The notes under the pieces were generated by a model. It had not been told where the DNA came from. It worked only from the letters and a program-made list of their open reading frames with translations, and made no database searches. Below are positions 38,700 to 47,784 of a stretch of DNA of 64,000 nucleotides, piece after piece (position 1 is the stretch's first letter; every line of letters starts with the position of its first letter). The stretch covers positions 741 to 64,740 of the forward strand of contig NZ_JAXDRS010000002.1 in assembly GCF_034090835.1 (NCBI RefSeq), read 5' to 3'. Made by a program: the position numbers and the translations under genes. The stretch is from Evtepia sp. (GTDB lineage: Bacteria > Bacillota > Clostridia > Oscillospirales > Oscillospiraceae).

Positions 38700-39475
38700 A
38701 GTCGTTCCAACCTCCTATAACAACCTTTCAGCAGGGCAAGGAAGAGTTTTTCAAACAACACGCTGACGGCCACCACAATGACCGTCCAGGCAAACAGGTC
38801 AACGGTGTTAAAGTAGACCTTGGCATCATAGAACATCTGACCAATGGACCCAGGGGGAATGCCAATGATTTCCGCAGCGATCCCGGCCTTCCAGGAAATA
38901 CCCAAGCTCACGGTACAAGCGGAGATCAGGTAGGGCTTCATCTGGGGCAGCCACAGGTAGAGCAGCCGCTTTCCCCAGGACAGCCGGAAGAGCTTGACCG
39001 CCTCCAGCATCTGAGGGTCCACACTTTTGATGCTCTGCAGGATATTGGTATACACAATGGGGAGCACCATCAGGAATGAGATAAAGACGGACAGCTTGGA
39101 AGAGGACATCCAGATCAGGCAAATGACAATAAAGGAGGCCACAGGGACCGATTTAATCATGACGGCAAAGGGCCGGAATAGGATCTCAAAGAGTGGAAAG
39201 CGACCTGCTGCGGCACCCAGGATCAGACCCAACAGAAGGCCCAGAAGAAAACCAGCGACGATTTTTCGAAAGGTAAACCAAATGGTCGACCAGAAGCCGT
39301 CCTCCAGCCAAATGCCGCACAGCCTCTGCGCAACAGAGAGGGGTGTCGGAACCAGAAGCTGCTGCCCTACACTCATGGCAGCCAGCTGCCAGATCACAAG
39401 GGCCAGCAAAACAGCGCCGATCCTCTGTAAGGTCTGTTGATGCGATATCATGTTTTTTCGGGTGTGTTTCTCCAT
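38696..39475 (-). CDS. ABC transporter permease (NitT/TauT type)
   Basis: SVPVASF and SWKAGIAAEIIG; overlaps the ATPase start. Confidence 0.88.
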   Translation of the reverse strand: MEKHTRKNMISHQQTLQRIGAVLLALVIWQLAAMSVGQQLLVPTPLSVAQRLCGIWLEDGFWSTIWFTFRKIVAGFLLGLLLGLILGAAAGRFPLFEILFRPFAVMIKSVPVASFIVICLIWMSSSKLSVFISFLMVLPIVYTNILQSIKSVDPQMLEAVKLFRLSWGKRLLYLWLPQMKPYLISACTVSLGISWKAGIAAEIIGIPPGSIGQMFYDAKVYFNTVDLFAWTVIVVAVSVLFEKLFLALLKGCYRRLERL

Positions 39476-39647
39476 AGGAGCCTCCTGTTACAGGGTTTGC
39501 TAAACAATTAGTATAACATATTGCCGAAAAAATATCGTTGCAACAGCAACGAAAAGAGAACAGAATCCAGGTTCCCTACCGGTTGTCAACCGTAGCGATT
39601 TGCGGTACAATGGTACCCATTGAACTACGGAAAGATATGGTGAAATT

Positions 39648-42086
39648 ATGTTGTCACAAGAAAAACAACTGCAGTTTGCAGCCCTGCGGCGGAAGATCAT
39701 CGCCCGGGAATTTGGCCGCCTCAACCCGCGGCAGCTGGAAGGGGTACTGACCACAGAAGGTCCTCTCCTCCTTTTGGCCGGGGCCGGAAGCGGAAAAACT
39801 ACGGTTTTGATCCATCGCATTGCCAACCTGCTCCGTTATGGGCGGGGGTCTGACTCCCAAGAGGTACCGGACTACGTCTCGGAGGAAGACCTGGCATTTT
39901 TGGAGGGCTATTTTCATACCCCTTCCCCTACCCAGCAGGAAAAAAGCCGGGCTCGTCTCCTTTGCGCCATGGAACCGGCCATGCCCTGGCAGGTGATCGC
40001 CATTACCTTCACCAATAAGGCAGCCGGAGAACTGAAGCAGCGGCTGGAAGCGGAGATCGGGCCTGAAGCGCAGGATATCTGGGCGGCTACCTTCCATTCC
40101 GCCTGTGTGAGAATCCTCCGGCGGGACATTGAAAAGTTAGGCTTCCCCTCCTCCTTTACCATTTATGATACTGATGACTCCATTCGGGTGATCAAAGAGT
40201 GTCTGAAAGAGCTGAATCTGGACGACAAGACCTTCCCTCCCCGCTCTATCCTGGGCTATATCTCCCGGGCCAAGGACGATATGCTATTGGCCCCGGACTA
40301 CATGGAGCAGTGTAAAGCCAAAGATGACTTCCGACTGCAGAAGATCGCCAACGTCTATCTCTCTTACCAGAAAAAACTTTGGGCTGCCGGCGCACTGGAC
40401 TTTGATGACATCATCCTGCACACGGTTCGCCTCCTGCAGCAGGAGGAAGAAGTGCGGGCCTACTACCAGAGGAAGTTCCGCTATGTCCTCATCGACGAGT
40501 ATCAGGACACCAACCACTTGCAGTATCTTCTGGCCGGCCTCCTGGCAGGGGGCCGGAAAAACATCTGTGTGGTGGGCGACGATGACCAATCCATTTATCG
40601 GTTCCGTGGCGCCACCATTGAAAACATCCTCTCTTTTGAGAGTGAGTACCAGAACGCCCGAGTGATCCGTCTGGAACAGAACTATCGCTCTACCGGAAAC
40701 ATTCTGGAGGCGGCCAACGCCGTGATCCGCAACAACCGGGGACGAAAGGGCAAAAACCTCTGGACCGATCATGGAGACGGAGAAAAGGTCCAGTGCTATA
40801 CAGCCGCCAACGAGCGGGAAGAAGGCATGTATATTGCTTCCCAGCTGCTGCGGGCGTATGGAGAGGGCAAACAGTGGAAGGACTGTGCGGTACTTTACCG
40901 GATGAACGCCCTGTCCAACCAGGTGGAAATGGCGCTCAAAAGCAACAGTATCCCCTACCGGGTGGTGGGTGGCTTCCGCTTCTTCGAGCGAGCGGAGATT
41001 AAGGACATGCTGTCCTATCTCTGCGTGATCCACAACCCCGACGATGACCTGCGTCTGCTCCGGGTGGTGAACAACCCTCCCCGGGGCATTGGCGCCAAGA
41101 CCCTGGAAACCGCCCGGGAAATTGCGGTACAGGAGGACCTTAGCCTTTGGGAAGTCCTGGTCCAGGCAGAGCGCTGGAAACCCCTGGAGAAATCCGTGGC
41201 GAAGTTCCGGAAGTTTACCGACCTGATTCAAGCCATGCAGAAGCTGTCCCAGGAGGCCCCCCTCCCTGTTTTCTACGAGACGTTGCTGCAAGAGAGCGGC
41301 TACGCAGATATGCTCACTGCCAAGAAAGACAACGAGAGCAAATCCCGGCTGGAAAACGTCCACGAGTTGAGTTCTTCCATCAGCGGCTACCTGGAGCACG
41401 CAGAAGAACCCAGTCTGGGTGGGTTCCTGGATGAAGTGGCCCTGTATACCGACCTGGACAGCGTAGAGGACACCGATAACTGCGTGACCCTCATGACCAT
41501 GCACGCAGCCAAGGGGCTGGAATTTCCGGTGGTTTTTACCGTGGGTATGGAGGAAGGGGTCTTCCCCGGGTTCCGCTCCATCGGCGAAGAGGAGGAGCTG
41601 GAAGAGGAGCGTCGCCTCTGCTACGTGGCTCTGACTAGGGCAAAGGAAAAGCTGTACTTGACCTGCGCTGCCCAGAGAATGCTCTTTGGCCGGACTTCTG
41701 CCAACCTCCCCTCCCGGTTTGTGAAGGAGATCCCGGAAGAGTTGGTTCAGTTTGGCGGACGGCCCCTGCGTCCGAGACGGGATCCCTTCCTGGACGAACC
41801 CTGGGGCGCAGAAGAAACCTCTTTTTCCCAGATCCAGAAGCCTGCGAGACCCGCAGCGACGGCCAGACCGACGACCCGTGCGGCATATCGGACCCCGGCG
41901 CCCAAGGCCCAGCCGCTCCCGGAACTGAAAAAGGGAGATATGGTGCGGCACACGGCCTTTGGCAACGGCATGGTGCTGTCGGTACAAAAAATGGGCGGAG
42001 ACGCCTTGCTGGAAGTCGCCTTTGACAACATCGGCACCAAGCGCATGATGCTGAAGGCAGCTTCTCAGTTTATGCAGAAACTCTGA
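39648..42086 (+). CDS. pcrA: ATP-dependent DNA helicase PcrA/UvrD
   Basis: AGAGSGKT, DEYQDTN, VGDDDQSIY, LEQNYRS, HAAKGLEF, YVALTRA; C-terminal Tudor-like domain. Confidence 0.96.
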   Translation: MLSQEKQLQFAALRRKIIAREFGRLNPRQLEGVLTTEGPLLLLAGAGSGKTTVLIHRIANLLRYGRGSDSQEVPDYVSEEDLAFLEGYFHTPSPTQQEKSRARLLCAMEPAMPWQVIAITFTNKAAGELKQRLEAEIGPEAQDIWAATFHSACVRILRRDIEKLGFPSSFTIYDTDDSIRVIKECLKELNLDDKTFPPRSILGYISRAKDDMLLAPDYMEQCKAKDDFRLQKIANVYLSYQKKLWAAGALDFDDIILHTVRLLQQEEEVRAYYQRKFRYVLIDEYQDTNHLQYLLAGLLAGGRKNICVVGDDDQSIYRFRGATIENILSFESEYQNARVIRLEQNYRSTGNILEAANAVIRNNRGRKGKNLWTDHGDGEKVQCYTAANEREEGMYIASQLLRAYGEGKQWKDCAVLYRMNALSNQVEMALKSNSIPYRVVGGFRFFERAEIKDMLSYLCVIHNPDDDLRLLRVVNNPPRGIGAKTLETAREIAVQEDLSLWEVLVQAERWKPLEKSVAKFRKFTDLIQAMQKLSQEAPLPVFYETLLQESGYADMLTAKKDNESKSRLENVHELSSSISGYLEHAEEPSLGGFLDEVALYTDLDSVEDTDNCVTLMTMHAAKGLEFPVVFTVGMEEGVFPGFRSIGEEEELEEERRLCYVALTRAKEKLYLTCAAQRMLFGRTSANLPSRFVKEIPEELVQFGGRPLRPRRDPFLDEPWGAEETSFSQIQKPARPAATARPTTRAAYRTPAPKAQPLPELKKGDMVRHTAFGNGMVLSVQKMGGDALLEVAFDNIGTKRMMLKAASQFMQKL

Positions 42087-42160
42087 TTCCAACGAAATAT
42101 CAAAAAGAACTATCCGCCGGCAAGCGTGTTTCTGCTTGCCGGCGGATCATTTTAAATGTT

Positions 42161-42940
42161 CTATTCTTTTTTTGCCATCTCTCTTGCAAAAGCGGCTGCG
42201 CCCAAGGCACCCATAACTTGGGGATTTCCCAACACCTGCACAGGGCAGCCCAGGTGATGGCTCAATGCTTTAACCAGGGCGCCGTTCAAAGCGCCGCCGC
42301 CGGTCATGACCACCTGTGGCACCCCCCCAACCCGGCCTGCCATTCCAACAATACGAGTTGCGATAGAATCGATTGCACCGGCTGCGACGTTTGCCTGGGA
42401 AGCACCGGTGGATAAATGAGAGATCACTTCTGACTCAGCAAACACGGTGCACAAATTGCTGATGGAAACCGGGTCTTTTCCCTGCTGTGCCAAGTCAGAC
42501 AACGCCTGGATCGGGCAGTCCAGCACGCGGGACATCACCTCTAAAAACCGCCCGGTACCGGCAGCACATTTGTCGTTCATGACAAAATTCTCGACTCCGC
42601 CCATGGCGTCCAAACGGATGGCCTTAGTGTCCTGGCCGCCTACGTCAATGATGGTTCGAGCCTGAGAAGACAGATGACGCACCCCTTTGGCGTGACAGCT
42701 GATTTCTGTAATCTGACGGTCTGCCTTTTGGAAGGTCATTCTTCCATACCCTGTGACCACAGTATACCGGACTCTTTCCGGCTTACAGTTCGCCTGCGCA
42801 TATGCAGCTTCCAGGGCCTGCCCGGGTCCTCGTGTCCCAGTGCCAAGGTTTACCACCTGGGCCGCTATCATCTGTCCGTCCTCATCCAACAGAACTGCTT
42901 TTGAGGAGGAGGAGCCGATATCCAATCCTAAATACACCAT
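42161..42940 (-). CDS. 2-hydroxyacyl-CoA dehydratase activase (HgdC/HadI-like)
   Basis: GLDIGSSSSK, TGYGR, DVGGQDTK, MNDKCAAGTGRF, CTVFAESE. Confidence 0.92.
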   Translation of the reverse strand: MVYLGLDIGSSSSKAVLLDEDGQMIAAQVVNLGTGTRGPGQALEAAYAQANCKPERVRYTVVTGYGRMTFQKADRQITEISCHAKGVRHLSSQARTIIDVGGQDTKAIRLDAMGGVENFVMNDKCAAGTGRFLEVMSRVLDCPIQALSDLAQQGKDPVSISNLCTVFAESEVISHLSTGASQANVAAGAIDSIATRIVGMAGRVGGVPQVVMTGGGALNGALVKALSHHLGCPVQVLGNPQVMGALGAAAFAREMAKKE

Positions 42941-42957
42941 GGTACCCCCTTCCCTTC

Positions 42958-43400
42958 TCAGGCCAACTGGGTTTCCAAAAATCCCTGTAAGCGTGTACGC
43001 AGCTGCCCGACAGATTCTACCAATTGGTCGTGTTCGATGCTGACCATGGGAATACCCTGGGCGGCCAGGTCTTTTTTCACCAAAGGCTGGTCAAAGGCCT
43101 CCGGGTCACAGAACTTCATCAAACAGAACAGCACCCCGTCTGCCGTATTCTCCCGCGCCATCTGACTCAGCTGTGCCCCCCGCGGCTTTTGCGGTTCATA
43201 CAGAGGCGAGGCGCTTTTCAGATCCAGGAAACGGTAGGCCAGCCGTGACGATACGGTTCCTTCTGCTCGGGTGGGCGTGCGGAACTGCATGGATTCATGG
43301 CAGAGCAAGTCATCCACTACCGCAATATCGAGCTCTTCCAACAGATCCAGCACCGGCTCCGCATCCAGCATAATACCGGTAACCAAAAAACGTTTCCCAT
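42958..43400 (-). pseudogene. C-terminal fragment of a 2-hydroxyacyl-CoA dehydratase subunit
   Basis: VTGIM, DDLLCHE, KFCDPEAFD, QLRTRLQGF. Only ~145 aa and no N-terminal part. Confidence 0.75.
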
Positions 43401-43600
43401 AGGCCAACTGCAAACTGCACTACATTTCGGGCATATCGTTTCTTCTGCCCATATAAAACTAATCCAACGGCAATCGCAGTGCCAATATAAGAGAAATTGA
43501 AAAAATAAAAAATGTTATCCAGTGCAAGCCATAATGTTAGTGCAATCGTTTCAAAAACAAGCCACATAACAAGCGGTGGTACATATTTCTTAAACTTCAT
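43400..43600 (-). pseudogene. N-terminal fragment of a membrane protein (4Fe-4S-binding NapH-like family likely)
   Basis: MKFKKYVPPLVMWLVFETIA...FYFFNFSYIG...ARNVVQFAVGL, after which the frame continues into dehydratase DNA. Confidence 0.5.
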
Positions 43601-44960
43601 GGTTTTTTCCTACATTCTCAATCATCTTTTTTGCCAACTGCTGGAACAGGTCGGCAGTTTCTTCGTCCATCGGCGCAAGTTGTCCGATCTGTCCGGCAAT
43701 CATTGCTGTTACATCATCAACGGAAATCGTGTTTTGTTTCTGTTTCGCCAATGCGCCCCGCATGGTCTGGAACATAGCGGCGGTCACAGCTTCCCCCGGC
43801 TGTTCCCCGTTGTCAATATCTTTCTTAATATCCCGCAGGATAGCCAGGATTTGTTGCTCGATGCCAGGGCTTTCAATGCCCGAGTTGGCCGGAAGCAGCT
43901 GGTTCTTGCTGGTGGAATTGGTGAGGTAATTGCGGATATACCGTGCCATGGAAAGCTGCGTGTTCAATGCCAGAATTTGCGCATTGGTCTCGCTGCTCTG
44001 TTCCATATACATGCTGGCAGCGGCCTGTACATCGGGCAGAAGGTGTTCGCTCTTGTAAGAGGAGATGTTTTCATCCACATTGCCAAGTTCCTGCTCAATC
44101 ACACCGAGACGGTCACTAATGAAAGCCGAGGTACTAACTGCGATTTGATTCTTGTCCTTTATCCAGTTCTCATTGTAAACGGCTATCACCGTATTCAGCA
44201 CATCCTCCGCCCGTTGGATGCACACGTCTTTGAATGACAGATTGATGACAGTGGATTTCTCATCACTCAACGTAACTGACAAGTTGGAAGCATAGTCGCC
44301 TGTGGCATCTTGGTATCCTCTGCGTGAGACATAAACAGGTGAATCATGGGTGGCGGAATCGTTCGCAACCTTTACAACAAGTTTTCCGATAGGGGCGTCA
44401 ACTGTGTCATTCAACACAGCCGTTATCTTTCCTGCCACATCTTCACCATTACGAGAAAAATCCGTCAGAAGTACTTGGCCATCAAGACCGGGGTTAATGG
44501 TAAAAGCCACGCTCTCGTTGTCTTGCAATTCGTTAAAGTCTACCGTGTAGGGGCAATCTCGACCATACAAGACTTTCTTGTAAAACCCTCCGTCCGTGTG
44601 ATAACTGATGTCCAAATGAAGGCGTTTCACCACATCAAGCATTACCGCAGGAGACTGCAACGATTGTATTTCATTGTTTACGTTGGTGTTGGTCTGGAAG
44701 AGGTCGAAGTCTCCCATCAGACCAGCCGCATCACCCAATGAGTTCCCTTTGGAATCCTCTTTGATAAGGAGCGATGCTGAACGGGTATATACCGGCGGGG
44801 TGGTCAAAAGATAGACGACAGCCACTCCGACGGTAACAGCCAACGATATGACGAACCAATACCACTTGTTGAGACAGAGGTAGAACAAATCTTGTATACG
44901 GATAAAGTCATCCGCCTGTTTAGGTTTGGATATATTGTTTTGAGTTGCCACGATATACAA
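43590..44960 (-). pseudogene. wzc: Wzc/GumC-type chain-length regulator N-terminus fused in frame to an unrelated C-terminus
   Basis: KWYWFVISL, PPVYTRSASLLIK, TSAFISDRL, LLPANSG. The second TM and tyrosine-kinase domain are missing; after IEQQI (~43850) the sequence changes character. Confidence 0.75.
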
Positions 44961-44978
44961 TATTTAGATTGGACGTGA

Positions 44979-45800
44979 TTAATTAAAAATGAGGATGGCC
45001 ACAGAAGTCAGCAACGATGCCAGCGAAATCCAGAACGAGGTGGAACGCACGTTGTTGCCGTTGACGGTAGATTGACGGGCTTTCACTTCATTGGGTTCCA
45101 CATACACCACGTCATTCTGTTGCAGATAATAGGCGGGTGAAGAATAGATGTGTTCGCCGGAAGTGAGGTTCAGTCCGTACACCCGTTGCACATCCCCTTC
45201 TTGCCGTAACACCATCACCTTGGAACGGTTTCCGTAGATGGTCAGGTCGCCTGCCATGCTGAGTGCATCGAGTATGGTCAGCCTGTCCCGGTCAATGCTG
45301 AAACGTCCCGGACTGTTCACCTCGCCCAACACGGATATGCAGAGATTGGCAAATTCCACGGTCACGACAGGGTCTTTCACCAAATTCTCCTTTATCAATT
45401 CGTTCTTGATACATTCGGCGATTTCTTCCCGCTTCATTCCGGCCACGTGTATCTTGCCAAGTACAGGAAAATCTATCTTACCGTTGGCATCTACGGTATA
45501 AGCGGATACTCCTTGATTGCTTGAAGCCGTCACGCCATTTGTCCTTAAAGACTGACCCAATTGCCTGGACACATAAGGCAGGTTGAACAAGTCCGTCAAC
45601 TGGGGGTCACGGCTGTTGACGATAATGGAAATCTTATCCTCCGGTCGGACTGTAATGGCTTTCACTTCAGGCAACTTGATTTCTGTTTCCCCGGGTCTCA
45701 AATCCTGGAAATAAACTACTTCCTTGGAAGAACCGCACGAGCCCAGTGTCACTGTACTTGCGACAATGAGCAAGATGTAAAATACTTTATTTATACTCAT
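44979..45800 (-). CDS. wza: polysaccharide export lipoprotein (Wza/OPX family)
   Basis: Lipobox LGSC, YTVDANGKIDFPVLG, VLGEVNSPG, YLQQNDVVYVEPN. Confidence 0.92.
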   Translation of the reverse strand: MSINKVFYILLIVASTVTLGSCGSSKEVVYFQDLRPGETEIKLPEVKAITVRPEDKISIIVNSRDPQLTDLFNLPYVSRQLGQSLRTNGVTASSNQGVSAYTVDANGKIDFPVLGKIHVAGMKREEIAECIKNELIKENLVKDPVVTVEFANLCISVLGEVNSPGRFSIDRDRLTILDALSMAGDLTIYGNRSKVMVLRQEGDVQRVYGLNLTSGEHIYSSPAYYLQQNDVVYVEPNEVKARQSTVNGNNVRSTSFWISLASLLTSVAILIFN

Positions 45801-45819
45801 ATTCCTGATTTTTCTTTGT

Positions 45820-46209
45820 TTAAGACCTTCTATAGCCTGTGTCTTGAAATACTATGGTGTTTTGGTAGTGCCATTCATTGAATGATTTGCCGTCAACTGG
45901 CTTTCCTGTCTTGTATATCCTTTCTACAAATGTTCTTTTCATACACTCCATGTCACCTACGGCAAATGGCATTTCCCTGTCCTCTACACTTGTCACAACA
46001 ATAGGGAGGGGCACACGAAACACTTTCATCGCATTAATAACCGATTTCGTATAGATGTGACAAAGGTGAAAAGCAGAACGTTCGAATGCCACCCAATAAT
46101 TATCAACACGGTACAGATGAATATGCTCTCTATTGGAACGCTCACTGAAAAGTATGTCTGACAGATGATTCTCCATCAACTTGCCAAGCTCTATGCCGAA
46201 CCTGTTCAT
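45820..46209 (-). CDS. hypothetical protein with a MutS domain I-like motif
   Basis: IHLYRVDNYWVAFERSAF; lies between upxY and wza. Confidence 0.6.
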   Translation of the reverse strand: MNRFGIELGKLMENHLSDILFSERSNREHIHLYRVDNYWVAFERSAFHLCHIYTKSVINAMKVFRVPLPIVVTSVEDREMPFAVGDMECMKRTFVERIYKTGKPVDGKSFNEWHYQNTIVFQDTGYRRS

Positions 46210-46312
46210 TGAAATTGTGATTAAATCAATTTATAATAGCATTAGTTTTCGGTCGCAAGGGGGATTGATTTTTCCTGTTTGTTAGGGAAAAATTTACAAT
46301 CGGTTCATATCC

Positions 46313-46864
46313 TCATGGAATAAGCTGAATATACTCCGCTTCTACTTCTATGGAGGCAGCCAACAAGGTGGGCAGTTCCACCAGCAGCCTTTTTGTCTTC
46401 GAACCACGTGTGGTCACCAATGTGCCCGTATATCCGTCCAACTGCCCGCCGATGATGCGGATTTTCCGGTTTCTCATCTCCGGTGTCACCTCGTCAGGGG
46501 AATAGAACTTAGGATTATCACTGGCTTCTACCGCCTTGATGAAACGTTCCATATCTGCGACAGGGACGATGATAGGAGTGTGCTGTACACCGAGCTTGTA
46601 ACGGTATTGAAGCTTGGGGGTACTCTCCACAATGGCATCAAGATGCTCCCTCGTGTCTTTCACGAAAAGCAAGTCCTGCATGAAAGGCACTTCCTGATCC
46701 ACCCGCTTGCCACCAACTACGACCAAACGATGCACCATAGGAGTGAAACACTGCACCTTCAAGTTCTCGAACATCTTGTAGGCGGGCAATTTGGCATGTC
46801 TGCGTTTGAGGTCACGCATGGCATACCAGTGCAGTTTATCCTCTATAGGTAGTATTTCGTCCAT
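46313..46864 (-). CDS. upxY: UpxY-family (NusG-like) transcription antiterminator
   Basis: WYAMR, LLFV, MERFI, KOW-like IRIIGGQLDGYTG; first gene of the polysaccharide operon. Confidence 0.9.
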   Translation of the reverse strand: MDEILPIEDKLHWYAMRDLKRRHAKLPAYKMFENLKVQCFTPMVHRLVVVGGKRVDQEVPFMQDLLFVKDTREHLDAIVESTPKLQYRYKLGVQHTPIIVPVADMERFIKAVEASDNPKFYSPDEVTPEMRNRKIRIIGGQLDGYTGTLVTTRGSKTKRLLVELPTLLAASIEVEAEYIQLIP

Positions 46865-47074
46865 GATAATAAATGGATAGCCTTACGCCTTAGTTGGTGA
46901 AGGGATACATTTCCGACTCCTCCAAGTGTTTATTATATATTGAAACACATGTAGTTACAACGGTATTATCCAAAAGTTCGGGGAAATTCCCCAGCATTAT
47001 ATATGCTATCATTATCTTATTTCGGCATGACCTCAATCGTACTTTGGTAGACTCGAAATCATGTACATTATCGG

Positions 47075-47304
47075 TACATCTCTCCGTAAGAGATGTATCA
47101 TGTTTAGCAATTGGAGATAATTAGGTGATATCCAATGAAGTATAAAATGTAATAATTACAATTTGTCAAACAACTGTTCGACAAATCCTTTTTAAGGACG
47201 TATTGGAAACTATTCATTTCTTAACTTTTTTGGTATTTATCACCGTTTTCCCAACAATTGTGTGTAACTTTGCATGCGAAATACATCTCTTACGGAGAGA
47301 TACA
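47075..47304. promoter_or_regulatory. invertible promoter cassette 1
   Basis: Inverted core sites TACATCTCT-CCGTA-AGAGATGTA (47075-47097) and TACATCTCT-TACGG-AGAGATACA (47282-47304); TAACTTTG at 47265-47272 on +. Confidence 0.8.
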
Positions 47305-47473
47305 CCGATTTGTCGAACAAATCCACTTTCTACCGCCAAGCCTTTTTCCCAACGGTTTTCTTGTCGATTCGCATTTTATTCCCCCCCTAATCCGCTTATA
47401 TACAAAGGATAGCTGTACCTTTAATGAGGCTACCACTACAGAATGTACATCGCGCTCTCAGGCCTTGAATCGG

Positions 47474-47693
47474 TACATCTCTCTTTAAGAGATGTATCCA
47501 ACCTGCTATTTATTTGAAAATAAACAGTTTGTTAATTCATACACTTTTATTTGTCAAACAATTCTTCTTCTTTTGTCGAACAAATCCTGTGGGAAGGTTC
47601 GCCCAAAACGTAATTTTCAGGATTCATCCTGTGTGGATTGCAGTATTTTTTGTAATTTTGCGGCGTGCGAAACATCTCTTAAAGAGAGATTTA
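47474..47693. promoter_or_regulatory. invertible promoter cassette 2
   Basis: Inverted core sites TACATCTCT-CTTTA-AGAGATGTA (47474-47496) and AACATCTCT-TAAAG-AGAGATTTA (47671-47693); TAATTTTG at 47653-47660 on +. Confidence 0.8.
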
Positions 47694-47712
47694 CCACTTT
47701 GTCCAACAAAAA

Positions 47713-47742
47713 TCCCCCTGAACGGGAAAGGTTCAAGGGGAA
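47713..47742. terminator. hairpin downstream of the recombinase gene
   Basis: CCCCTGAAC GGGAAAG GTTCAAGGGG, with a T-run on the minus strand. Confidence 0.55.
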
Positions 47743-47784
47743 TCTCTCAACTTACAAAATGTGTTTGGGGGTACCCAATCATTC

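Noticed and set aside
38121..39475. ABC transporter lacking a substrate-binding gene
   Set aside because: The binding protein may simply be encoded elsewhere; no sign of disruption.
47061..47716. Repeats as a possible CRISPR array
   Set aside because: The repeats alternate in orientation, are ~170-200 bp apart and have no cas genes nearby. They fit recombinase sites.
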